From Squalus acanthias (lineage: Eukaryota), in assembly GCA_030390025.1 (NCBI GenBank), contig CM059433.1:124001-188000 (forward strand): a DNA stretch of 64,000 nucleotides. Reading direction: 5' to 3'. Positions 37,666-48,447 of the stretch are shown piece by piece. Both the position numbers and the translations under genes were made by a program. A model generated the notes under the pieces. The model saw only the letters and a program-made list of their open reading frames with translations, did no database searches and was not told where the DNA came from. How positions within the stretch are numbered: the first letter of the stretch is position 1; every line of letters starts with the position of its first letter.

Positions 37666-40017
37666 TCACACGGTGCTTTCATCGTGCACGCGCACGTAAC
37701 GTTCTCGCCACTCTCCCGTGTTTTCATGCTTGGTGAGGCGCTTGTCTCTTTTACAATGTACGACCAATAGGTACACTACAATGAAAACTTGGCATACGAC
37801 TAAAATGTGGGAGGCTATTCTGATCCATGAAGGCACTTCAATATTGGTGAACAGATTCCACCACGGTGGAACTACTATATCCAAAATGTCTGTTCCTATT
37901 TCGACAGTTTTCTGCTCTAATGTGTAAAAATGTTTCTGTGACACCGCGACGGCTTTTAAAAGCTTGGTGAGGTGTTCAGGGAGAGGGGGAATGAGGTATC
38001 CAAAATGCGCGACGAATCGCTGCAAGTCGGTGAAATTCTCTTTTACTGTGAGATGAACAGTGGATGGTTCAGGGATTGGGATAATTCGCTGTTGTGCTAC
38101 TTGAACTTCCGCCCTGGGTTTAAAACAGAAACTGCTGTCACTCACCGGACACCGGCTACGGTTTCCATGCTGGTAGTGTTGCGCTGCAGTGGTAACACAA
38201 TATGTTCCACCCCCGATGTATGCTACCTGCGGAGGCACATGATCTTGTGCCATTGCCTCCATGGTGCAATTCATGGACTTGGCGCCAGTCGTTCTGAACC
38301 CGCACTGTGGTGTTAAAAAGGCATTCAAGTGCTGGGGGCACAGTATTATGTGTGCTCCCCTGCCACGACAACCAGAGAGATCTGTACCTGTCATCGTTTG
38401 CTCCCAGCGGATGACGTAAGGTGGAACCGCTGCATAACGAATGTGGGCTCCCCCCTGAATGACACCAATGTTCTCTACCCGATACACCGGGGCGGGCTTT
38501 GCTGTGTCGCCCAAAACCGGCATACGTAATACTATTCCCATAATAGTATGGTTTGATCGTCCGCAGTCCACGGGGACTGGGTAAGCTTCTGAAGCTAGCC
38601 TGAGCTGGCACGGACTTAATGCGTTCTGAAAAGGGTGGAGCGCCCGCAGGTGTTTGTTACTTATCCAGGACGGAACCAAACCTTGTTTTAAATCCTCCAA
38701 ATTACTGCGGCCCTCGCCCAGTAACCACGCCCCGTAAAGCACGCACACCTCGTTCTGCGCAGCTTGATCGGATGCATTCCGATCTTCCCTAATCAGGGCA
38801 TTTACCGTCTTTGCATGTTTCTCCAACTCTGCTATAATTTCCTTTAAATGGAGAGTCATGGCTTGGTCCTCGTGTAGACCCGACCCTACCACTTTATTCT
38901 CATCTGTTAGAATGTCCTTTAATTGTGTCTTTAAACCATTAATCTGGGTCTGCAGCTCCACACTGTCTAGAGCGTTGACCACAGATGTACCCGTGTTAAA
39001 AGCGGTGAACGCATCGTTCACCAAACCCCTTCTTTGCCTCCCTGCTTGATTCAGAACTTCCTGTGGTGCGGTGTATAAACTTGTTTTATCAATTTCCGCG
39101 AAATCGAATTCGTAAAATTGTCTGAACATCTTGGTCAACAGGACCTGGTACAACTGTTCCGTCTTTTTGGGGCACCACTCTGGTAACCGCACCTCGGTGA
39201 GATTTAAAATCACCGAGGCCACCGCGTAATGTACCCCCTGAAATAGTATCTGGTCTGTGGGGACCAGTACCAAACCATTCCCGGGTCCCTTACTAGTTTT
39301 AGGGCACCCTTCTTCCTCAGCTAGAACCACCGGAATCGTGGGCGGGGCTTTGCGTGGGCGCGTAATGAGCTCAGTGGCATTTACTGGGATCGGGGAGAAT
39401 GGGGCTCCGCACCCCCTGGTGCTCGCATCCCACCTCATCCCCTGTCCGTTATCCTGCCATTGATTAATAAAAAATATGGAGATGCCTTTGGGGCAAACGT
39501 ACTTTGACCCCCACATACATACATAAATTCCCTCATCCGGTTCCCACCATTTGTCCCAACAGACTTTCACTTGTCCGTCTGTCCCCGTAATTGTCCGATG
39601 GGTATTATTACCCAGTCGTTCCCACTCGACCGAAGAGTTCCTCATAGTTTTGCTCAGCTTTCGCAGCCACCACCATCGGCTCAATGGGACCTTCCCACTA
39701 CAAGTCAAACAAATCCGTTTGCCGACGGTGACGCTGATCCTGGGTGCGATGATCCTTACTTTGGGGCACAGTGAAGAAGTCTCTTTGTAGGCAAACCCCG
39801 ATGTGCTGGAATACTCCGTTGAGTTCGTTCCCAGCCATCCTGGCCACCTTCCCTTGTGGAAATAGGTGCTGGTCTCCTCTGCCTCCCGTCTTCCGGTCCC
39901 ATCCACCGCGATGGGGGCCGTGTCCCCGGAACATCCAAACACCACGACATCCTTGGTGCGGCCTCGATAGGCCAATCCACATCCGATTGCCACGAGCAAT
40001 ACTAGAATCCGTTCCAT
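37666..40017 (-). CDS. env: Provirus B envelope glycoprotein (783 aa)
   Basis: Open ORF with the same architecture as env of C. Confidence 0.92.
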   Translation of the reverse strand: MERILVLLVAIGCGLAYRGRTKDVVVFGCSGDTAPIAVDGTGRREAEETSTYFHKGRWPGWLGTNSTEYSSTSGFAYKETSSLCPKVRIIAPRISVTVGKRICLTCSGKVPLSRWWWLRKLSKTMRNSSVEWERLGNNTHRTITGTDGQVKVCWDKWWEPDEGIYVCMWGSKYVCPKGISIFFINQWQDNGQGMRWDASTRGCGAPFSPIPVNATELITRPRKAPPTIPVVLAEEEGCPKTSKGPGNGLVLVPTDQILFQGVHYAVASVILNLTEVRLPEWCPKKTEQLYQVLLTKMFRQFYEFDFAEIDKTSLYTAPQEVLNQAGRQRRGLVNDAFTAFNTGTSVVNALDSVELQTQINGLKTQLKDILTDENKVVGSGLHEDQAMTLHLKEIIAELEKHAKTVNALIREDRNASDQAAQNEVCVLYGAWLLGEGRSNLEDLKQGLVPSWISNKHLRALHPFQNALSPCQLRLASEAYPVPVDCGRSNHTIMGIVLRMPVLGDTAKPAPVYRVENIGVIQGGAHIRYAAVPPYVIRWEQTMTGTDLSGCRGRGAHIILCPQHLNAFLTPQCGFRTTGAKSMNCTMEAMAQDHVPPQVAYIGGGTYCVTTAAQHYQHGNRSRCPVSDSSFCFKPRAEVQVAQQRIIPIPEPSTVHLTVKENFTDLQRFVAHFGYLIPPLPEHLTKLLKAVAVSQKHFYTLEQKTVEIGTDILDIVVPPWWNLFTNIEVPSWIRIASHILVVCQVFIVVYLLVVHCKRDKRLTKHENTGEWRERYVRVHDESTV

Positions 40018-40329
40018 CCTTCCTTGGTTCCTGTGATCAGATAGAATGAGGTAGCCAGCCTCGCAAGAGTCTCTGGCTTTTGTGAAGGGTGAGCGGGTCC
40101 CCTGACCTCGCCTCACGTAAAATTCAACGTTCGCTGAATAAACTTCAACTAAACCTATCTTTAAAGCTCCCATCATTTTATCGTTTTCTGTTAAAAACAC
40201 TACAATCTTAACCTTATTAAAACTATAAACTTAACCTTGAACTATTAACTTAAAACTTAACCTTGAACTATAAACTTAAAACTTAAAACTTATTACTATA
40301 CAGTGCCGCCCGTTCTCAGGGCGGCCCCT

Positions 40330-41490
40330 TTAAATTCTGAGAAGGCTGCTGCGAGCTCTTCCCGACGGTGGGAGGGCACTGACCCTTCCCTCTGATCTGC
40401 CGCAGCCTGTTACTGCGCTGACCCTTCCCTCTGATCTGCCGCAGCCTGTTACTGCTGCGTTGTGGCCGGCCTGTATCTGGGTTATCTTAACCTTAAATTT
40501 ACGCCTTGGGGCAGTCTGGGGACATGACCACATCCTCCTGGGCTGGGGTTCTCTACCTGACCTACGGGGAGTTGCTATGGGCGGGGGTTCCGTGACGGAC
40601 GGACCGGGTTCCGAGACTTCCATCGGGATGACCTGGGGTTCCATCACAGTCGCTGGCTCCGCCTCCGCTGACTCCGCCTCCCTAACCTCGGGGCTTGCAG
40701 TTTGTGGCCCCGCCCTGCTTGGCCCAGCAGGCGGCTCTTCACTCGTGATCTCTGCCTCCCCCAAGGACGGGACGTTCAAAGCGGGCGGCCACATCTCTGG
40801 GAGCCACACCGGTACTCTCTGTGCTCCCATAGCGGCTGGCCCTGCCTCCCCTAGCTCCTCCCTCCTGTCTTCGGGACCTGCAGCTTGTGTGTCCACCCTG
40901 TGTGGATCTCTACCTGCAGCCCCCGTCCCCTCCATATCGTAAATGGGACCGTTCCTGAGAAACCACCCGTCGTCGTCACTATTCTCATCTGACCTGTCCT
41001 CATCTGACCCGGGTACCCTGAATTCTTCCTCATCTAACCCCCAATTCCAGAAAAACGCTGCATGATCGTCCGGGATGTCCCTTCCCCTGATGCAAGCTGC
41101 TATGCCTGCCTGTGTGCCTTGTGGTCCTACCTGGGGCTGTGCTTTCCCATTGGCGGGATTTACCCCTGTAGTTTTCCCTTGCGCACCTGGCTGGTACAGT
41201 TTGCATTGGTTTACATCCTCATACTCCCGGCTTTTGGCTACCCTGTAGGCTGCTTTTATCTCACTAAGCTGCGCTTCTAGCCTGAGCACGTCTAACTTTC
41301 CCATTGATCGGGCGTTCTCCTCCCGCAGGGCCTGCTCTTTAAGCTGCCCTTCCAGCCCATCTATTTTCCCTATTAAGCGGGCGTTCTCCTCCCGCAAGGC
41401 CTGCTCTTTTAACCTGGCCTCCTCACCGCAGACCCCCTCCTGTGCGTGTCTTTTAAAAGGACACAGGTAGGCAGGCTGCGTGGGCTCTAG
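40330..41490 (-). CDS. Provirus B post-gag ORF: coiled-coil fused to the Pol C-terminal tail
   Basis: In frame with gag after TGA. Reads LEPTQPAYLCP (Pol start), then LKEQALREENAR twice, then VNQCKLYQPGAQ (post-integrase tail). Confidence 0.75.
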   Translation of the reverse strand, partial: LEPTQPAYLCPFKRHAQEGVCGEEARLKEQALREENARLIGKIDGLEGQLKEQALREENARSMGKLDVLRLEAQLSEIKAAYRVAKSREYEDVNQCKLYQPGAQGKTTGVNPANGKAQPQVGPQGTQAGIAACIRGRDIPDDHAAFFWNWGLDEEEFRVPGSDEDRSDENSDDDGWFLRNGPIYDMEGTGAAGRDPHRVDTQAAGPEDRREELGEAGPAAMGAQRVPVWLPEMWPPALNVPSLGEAEITSEEPPAGPSRAGPQTASPEVREAESAEAEPATVMEPQVIPMEVSEPGPSVTEPPPIATPRRSGREPQPRRMWSCPQTAPRRKFKVKITQIQAGHNAAVTGCGRSEGRVSAVTGCGRSEGRVSALPPSGRARSSLLRI

Positions 41491-43302
41491 TCATGGGGTA
41501 CTATTAGACGGTCCTGCGGCACCTACGGGGCCGGTTGCGACCGCCACCTGTCCACGCGCATTCAAGACCAGCTTGCGCATGGCTCCTAACACTGCTTCGA
41601 GGTCGTCGGGAGGGGTGGGTGCACTAGCTTCCCTAGCCGGGACAGGCGCCTGGGCTCGGACCGCGGGATTTTTATCCTTGGAATCCTTCCAAGGGTTCCT
41701 GCAATGCTTGCGCCAGTGCCCTGTCTTCCCACACCCGTAACAAGCATTACTTGCCTGTGGGGCGCGATTACCCTCCTGATGCCACTCTCTTTGATACGGG
41801 GCTGCGGGTCGTACCTCATGTACTCTTCCCTTAAGGGGACGTGTTGCCATACCCCTTATATTGCGATAACCTAACGTGAGTCGATTCAAGACCGACTCTT
41901 CCGTAATGTTGGGGTCATTGGGATCAAACCATGCTTTTGCCTGCTCTCTGACGGCTGGTAAACTGTTGGCTATTATGCACCTAAGCCAATGAGTTAAAGC
42001 GGTGCCTTCCACATCTTCGCGCTCGGGCGCACCTAGGCAGCTGCGCTCATATACCGGCCACAGCCTGTCGGCAAAAACCTTCGGGGGTTCTCCCTCCATC
42101 TGCACTGTCTGTCCCACTCTAGCAAACGGACCTTCGTCGTTCGCCCCCAACACTTCCAGGACCTCATTCTTTAATTCCTCATAACTCTTGGTTCCCCTCT
42201 TGCTCTCGCCTGAGAGACACTGAAGGACCGAGCTGTCTAATGAGAACAGCAGCATTTTTGCTGTCTCCCCATCATCGCAGCCGTTAATGGCTGCGGCTTG
42301 CTCAACTTCTCTGAAATGTACGGAAGGGTCGTCTGCCTCGGTCAGCTTCCGTACGTGATTTATCATAGCTCTCAGCTGATGTGAACTGTGAGGCAACACC
42401 AGCTGTCCGAGGAGATCCCCCGGTTCTTCCCCACCGTTTCTGCTTGGGCCCCTTTTAATACCCGTTACTGGATACAACGATCCCTTTCCTACTTCTTTTT
42501 CAATGGGCTCTTTTGTTTCTTCCATTGCTTCCTCCCTAACCCAGGTTTCTGAATAGCTGGGTGGCGCGGAGGGCGCAGTGGCTACTACTTCTTCTGCTTT
42601 ACTTGGTGGGGATTTTCTAAATCTCTCATTTACTAGCGGCTGGTGCGCCGACGGATTGATAAGGCACACCATGCCGTTCGCATTGTTCACGGCCTTTTTG
42701 AGGTGCTCTATCTCCCTTTGGCAGGCGCTATGATCGGCTCCCTGAAACTTATCCTCAAGGGCCAACTTATATGCCGCCCTAACCCCCGTTAAGCTCTCTT
42801 CTTGAGTTCTTATCTGGGCAGCTTGGCGGTTACATCTTTCCTTTAACCTGCTCTCATTCAATTTTGCCTCAGTGACCTGGCACTCGAGATAATCTATCCT
42901 TGTTTTAAGGTGACTGGAGACTTCCTGGCTTTCTTGGTGTAACTCATTTAAATTCTTAATGAGCACCTCCCCTCCAGAAACCTTCTCATCCATTTCTCCC
43001 TCTAAATGACTGATTCGAGCTACTAGCGCTGTAATGGTCTGGTTTGAAATCTGAACCTGCCTTTTGTAACACATAAGCCAGACTGCTTTCTCAAGTGTCT
43101 TTCTATGTTCTTTACTATCTGTCCACCTTTCAGCTGCCTCTAGTGGGCTCTTATCCGCTAACAATTCACTTATCCATTTCTTAGTTAGATTAACCTTCCC
43201 AAACACATAATCCGCTATCTTTTCCTGCATAACATTTCGTACAGTCATTCCAAAATCTAACACACTACCCTCTCGCTGCCAGTGTCCTGCCGCGGTCGCC
43301 AT
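41491..43302 (-). CDS. gag: Provirus B Gag (603 aa)
   Basis: Open ORF with a coiled-coil N-half, PSAPPSY late-domain-like motif and CCHC knuckle CYGCGKTGHWRKHC. Confidence 0.92.
   Translation of the reverse strand: MATAAGHWQREGSVLDFGMTVRNVMQEKIADYVFGKVNLTKKWISELLADKSPLEAAERWTDSKEHRKTLEKAVWLMCYKRQVQISNQTITALVARISHLEGEMDEKVSGGEVLIKNLNELHQESQEVSSHLKTRIDYLECQVTEAKLNESRLKERCNRQAAQIRTQEESLTGVRAAYKLALEDKFQGADHSACQREIEHLKKAVNNANGMVCLINPSAHQPLVNERFRKSPPSKAEEVVATAPSAPPSYSETWVREEAMEETKEPIEKEVGKGSLYPVTGIKRGPSRNGGEEPGDLLGQLVLPHSSHQLRAMINHVRKLTEADDPSVHFREVEQAAAINGCDDGETAKMLLFSLDSSVLQCLSGESKRGTKSYEELKNEVLEVLGANDEGPFARVGQTVQMEGEPPKVFADRLWPVYERSCLGAPEREDVEGTALTHWLRCIIANSLPAVREQAKAWFDPNDPNITEESVLNRLTLGYRNIRGMATRPLKGRVHEVRPAAPYQREWHQEGNRAPQASNACYGCGKTGHWRKHCRNPWKDSKDKNPAVRAQAPVPAREASAPTPPDDLEAVLGAMRKLVLNARGQVAVATGPVGAAGPSNSTP
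43284..43301 (-). promoter_or_regulatory. Primer binding site, tRNA-Arg(UCG)-like (provirus B)
   Basis: TGGCGACCGCGGCAGGAC, 5 nt inside the LTR end. Confidence 0.8.
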
Positions 43303-43306
43303 TTTC

Positions 43307-44959
43307 TGTAAGGGATTCTGACCCTGCGTGTCTCGCAGCCTGTGAGATTCACGCGGCTCTGTGCAGCCTGTATGTCAGTGCGGGTCTAGGCCTTGTTGCC
43401 TGTTCTGGTCTCCAGCCAGTCTGGGAACACTAGACACACCTGTGAGTGGTTCGAATCACTCTCCCTTACGGTTCTAGACACTGGACTTAGATGCGAGAGC
43501 AGTAATGGAGATGAAACTCATGTAGACTCGGTTTGAATGGTACGAAATGGAAAATCTTTATTGCATAATACTTAAGATTATGAAATACATGTCATAAGCA
43601 CAGATTAATGACAGTACAATCTTACAAACGGTTATATAGTCGATCTTAGGGAAACGAGGAACGAACGGCACAAAGTAAATAGGGGCACACATTACAAATA
43701 TCCTTAATCCTTAAACCCTCCCCTATCAATATCTATCCTAAACTAGATTCGTAGGATCTCGAGACTCATGCTCACCACTCGTGATAACTCGGAGAAATTC
43801 CGAATAGCTGATCGGATGTTTTTCACCGCAGCACCCACGTGTCGGTCAGGAGATCTCCTGGTCCCACTTGTTTACTTGCTTCTGCTGCTCCGGCTAGCAG
43901 GCTGGAACGTCTGCTGTGATGAAGATCTGTATTGGTTGGTTTAACAGGTACTTTTCGAGCACAGTTGTCGATATCATCGATACGATATGTTTCTTTGCAA
44001 GTTCGAAGAAGTCTTCCTGGCGAGGAAAACTTGGCTAATCGACCTACAGGCGCGGTCGGGATTTACTGACCATGGCGATGGATATGGTCTTCCTCTCTTC
44101 TCATCTCATCTCATCTCATCTCTTCTCGGGCCTTTTGGTTCCGATACCGGTTACCAATATAGGTCTTCGTTACGCGACACGAGGTAGATCCGAACGGATC
44201 AGAAAGTTCAACAGTCTTTTCAGAAGAGACAACAGGCAAGCAGAAGCCCAACTACGAGTACACAGGAGCAGCCACGAGGTTACGAATCGACCGGATAAGA
44301 GCACAGGAGCAGCCACGATGATAAGAGCAGCAAGAGCGAGATGGACGGTTTGGAGCCTGCAATTATAGTGCAAAAATCTTCCGTTTCCCGCCCAACTATG
44401 ATGTCCATTCTTTTGTTTAAGGTCTGGCGCTCAAATGTCTTGTATGGGTGATCTCCGTTCTTAATGGGTTTCGGGGCTACTCGTAAATGTCTGAGTACCT
44501 GTTAATATTTCTCCCATTGTTAAATCGGTCGGTAATCTCCCTGGAGGGGTTTGGGGCTTCCAAGTGTCCTGTATAACTACCTGCTAACGGCTCTCTCATC
44601 GTAGAGTCGTTGGGATTTTACATATTAATGTCTTTTGGATGGGCCCTTGATTACTCGGTACAATGGCTTTCCTTTGTACCTGGGAGACCGATTTCAGTAT
44701 CTATGTGTATACTGCAAACCCATAATGTCTCGTGTATTATCTTCACTGTGCTGACTCTTTGCACAAATGTTTATTGGAACGCCATCTTGTCTGCCTGTTG
44801 AAAAGTCTAGAATGTTCTGTCACGAGGTGCGGCGGCCATTTTACAGGCTGCTTGTGTCCACTTTAAACCTGCCAGCATTCTACTGAAATAAAAGCTGTTT
44901 GAACGAAACTCTGTGTTTTCTCCTTATTAATAAAATCGCGATATATTGCGAATTCTACA
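43307..44959 (-). repeat. Provirus B 5' LTR
   Basis: 1653 bp, followed by the PBS and gag. Confidence 0.95.
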
Positions 44960-46793
44960 CGACGTACACCACTGCAGACAGCTCAGCCTGCTGCGCGCTC
45001 ATGGTGCTGGGGAGCTTAATCGCCAGGGCAAGGTTTGCCGCAGGGTCATAAACTCCGCACCCTGTGAGTCGTTCGCCAGCGGACACTGTGCTGGAACCAT
45101 CAACATAAATTTCGCGCCCAGTGGGATGTATCCCGGCCCGCAAACCTATGTTGACTTCCTATACCCCTTCCACCGAACACTGGTGGGCTGTACCGGGGTA
45201 TACCAAATTGGCCGCAAGCCTGGGCTCGCAAAGACCTTTAATTCTAAGATCCATCTGGGAAAGGAGAAGGGTCCAGCGTGCAATTCGAACGCTGCTTACG
45301 GTCCCATCCTTAATCCTCCCATCTAGAAGCATCTTAGTTGGTGTGTGATGGGTGAGGAGAGTGATGGGAGAGAGCCCTGTGAAGATTGCTGATCTTTTCA
45401 CAGCCCAATGCGTGGCTAAAAGGTGCCTTTCGCAATTGGAGAAACTCCTTTCCACATCCGTTAACACCCTGGACGAATAGACAACCGGCCTCAGCTTGCC
45501 GTGGCGCTCTTGGAGCAGCACAGTGCTCAAACTGTCTCCGCTGGCAGCTACCTCCAGGAAAAACTCCTTCCCCCCATCTATGGCCCCTAAAGCTGGCGCG
45601 GTCTGCAAATCCCTTTTTAACTTCTCGAAGGCTGCCTGGCAGCCCTCGTCCCAAGACCACTCCACTCCCTTATGGAGGAGTCGGAGCAGCGGCGCCGCTG
45701 TGGCCGCATAGTCTTCGATAAAATCCCTGCAGTAACCGGTCAGTCCCAAAAAGGACCTCACACCCCTTATGGTGTTGGGAATCGGTAACTCTTGCACCGA
45801 CTCCCTCCTAGCCTTATCTATGGCTCTTTCCCCAGCGCGAATGGTCAGCCCCAGGAATTTTACTTCCTGCTGACCGATACGTGCTTTCTTAGGGTTCACT
45901 TTAAATCCCTTTCTCGCTAGCAGCTCCAATAACTCGGCCAGCAGTGGTCCATGCTCCTCCCTTGAGTCCGTAAATAGGAGCAAATCATCCACGTACTGCA
46001 CTATCTGATTGGGCTGACTAAACTCCTTTAAACTTCCTGCCATACACTGATGGAAAATACTGGGGCTGTTGTGGAAACCCTGTGGCAGACAGTTCCATGT
46101 GTACTGTTGTCCTTTGAAAGTAAAGGCAAACTTGTACTGGTCCTCTCGCCGCAGCGGGATGGACCAAAAACCGTTTGAGATATCCAGCACCGTGAACGTG
46201 GTCACGGACGCTGGGATACTCCCTATTAGGTCAGCGACTGCTGCTACCGTGGGCGCGCAGGCGGGAATGTTAATGTTAAGGACTCTGTAGTCCACCGTGG
46301 CCCTCCACGAATTATCCGGCTTCCTAACCGGCCATAATGGGGAGTTCACGTGTGTGGCTATCGGCCTCAACACGCCCTGCTGCACCAAGGAGGACATTGC
46401 TGTCTCCATATCGGGTTCTGCTTCTTTGGGGAAGTTATACTGCTTTTGGGGCCGGGTCATGGGGTCCCCATCTACGCTGACCTCAAACCCGGTAACCCTC
46501 CCACAATCGTGCTTGTGGGTTGCAAACGCGTGCATATTATCTGACACGTACGTTTGCATGTCCGTTGGGACATCCGCGACCATAAGCCCGAGGTCGTAGC
46601 CTCCGGATGGCTTCATGGTACACAGGGCCCCTTTACCTTCCTCCCCTAGGATTACCACTACCTCGCCTTTTCCACCCTTAGCTCCCCAGAGACAGTGATT
46701 CCTGAGATCCACGAGGATCCCGTGCCCCGATAGGAGGTCTGATCCGAGGATGCCTCTCCCACCCCCCTCTTGCCATTTCATCAGTATGCACTT
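44960..46793 (-). pseudogene. pol: Provirus A pol middle segment (protease end, RT, tether, RNase H start)
   Basis: GILGSDLL, LDISNGF, LPQGFHNSP, YVDD and IYVDGS motifs. Premature TAG at 45159. Confidence 0.93.
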
Positions 46794-48443
46794 TGTAGAA
46801 TTCGCAATATATCGCGATTTTTATTAATAAGGAGAAAACACAGAGTTTCGTTCAAACAGCTTTTATTTCAGCAGAATGCTGTCAGGTTTCTCAAAGTGGA
46901 CACAAGCAGCCTGTAAAATGGCCGCCGCACCTCGTGACAGAACATTCTAGACTTTTCGACAGGCAGACAAGATGGCGTTCCAATAAACATTTGTGCAAGA
47001 TCGATTAAGATTCAGCACATTGAAGATAATACACGAGACATTATGGGTTTGCAGTATACACATAAATACTGAAATCGGTCTCCCAGGTACGAATGAAAGC
47101 TATTGTACCGAGTAATCAAGGGCCCATCCAAAGACATTAATATGTAAAATCCCAACGACTCTACGATGAGAGAGCCGTTAGCGGGTAGTTATACAAAACA
47201 CTTGGAAGCCCCAAAACCCCTCCAGGGAGAACACCGACCGATTTAACAATGGGAGAAATATTAACAGGTACTCAGACATTTACGAGTAGCCCCGAAACCC
47301 ATTAAGAACGGAGATCACCCATACAAGACATTTGAGCGCCAAACCCTAACAAAAGAACGGACATTAAGGTTGGGCGGGAAACGGAAGATTTTGTACTATA
47401 ATTACAAGCTCCAACCGTCCATCTTTCTCTTATTCTCTTATCCGATCGACTCGTAACCTCGTGGCTGCTCCTGTGTTTTGACTCGTAGTCTTGTTCCTGC
47501 TTGCCTGTTGCTTCTTTGAAAAAGACTGTTGAACTTTCTGATCCGTTCGGATCTACCTCGTGTCGCGTAACGAAGACCTATGTTGGTAACTGGCATCGGA
47601 ACCAAAGGCCTGAGATGAGATGAGATGAGATGAGATGAGAAGAGAGGAAGACCATACTCATCGCCACGGTCAGTAAATCCCGACCGCGCCTGTAGGTCGA
47701 ATAGCCAAGTTTCCTTGCCAGGGAGACTTCTTTGAACTTGCAAGAATAGACCTTGGAAGATCCTCCAAGATAATATTGACTGGTCTGTGAAACCCATTCG
47801 GACAGTGCCTGTTAAACCAACCAACACAGATCTTCATCACAGCAGACGTTCCAGCCTGCTAGCCGGAGCAGAAGCAAGTAAACAAGTGGGACCAGGAGAT
47901 CTCCTGATCGACACGTGGGTGCTGCGGTGAAAAACATCCGATCAGCTATTCGGAATTTCTCCGAGTTATCACGAGTGGTGAGCATGAGTCTCGAAATCCT
48001 ACGAATCTAGCTAGGACAGATATTGATAGGGGAGGGTTCAAGTATTAAGGATACTTGTAATGTGTGCCCCTATTTACGGTGTGTCGTTCGTTCCTCGTTT
48101 CCCTAGGATTAGCTATATAACTGCTTGTAAGATTGTACTGTCATTAATCTGTGCTTATGACATGTATTTCGTAATCTTAAATATCATGCAATAAAGATTT
48201 TCCATTTCGTACCATTCAACCGAGTCTACATGAGTTTCATCTCCATTACTGCTCTCGCATCTAAGTCCAGTGTCTAGAACCGTAAGGGCGAGTGATTCGA
48301 ACCACTCACAGGTGTGTCTAGTGCTCCCAGACTGGCTGGAGACCAGAACAGGCAACAAGGCCTAAACCCGCACTGACATACAGGCTGCACAGAGCCGCGT
48401 GAATCTCACAGGCTGCGAGACACGCACGGTCAAATCCCTTACA
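46794..48443 (+). repeat. Provirus C 5' LTR (1650 bp)
   Basis: TGTAGAATTC…CCCTTACA. GC box at ~47372, TATAAT at ~47397 and AATAAA at 48190. Confidence 0.96.
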
Positions 48444-48447
48444 GAAA

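Larger units (their letters stand above)
35574..44959 (-). mobile_element. Endogenous retrovirus B (pol-less, non-autonomous), inserted in the RNase H of A
   Basis: Two 1653-bp LTRs. 4-bp TSD CGAC at 35570-35573 and 44960-44963. Confidence 0.95.
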
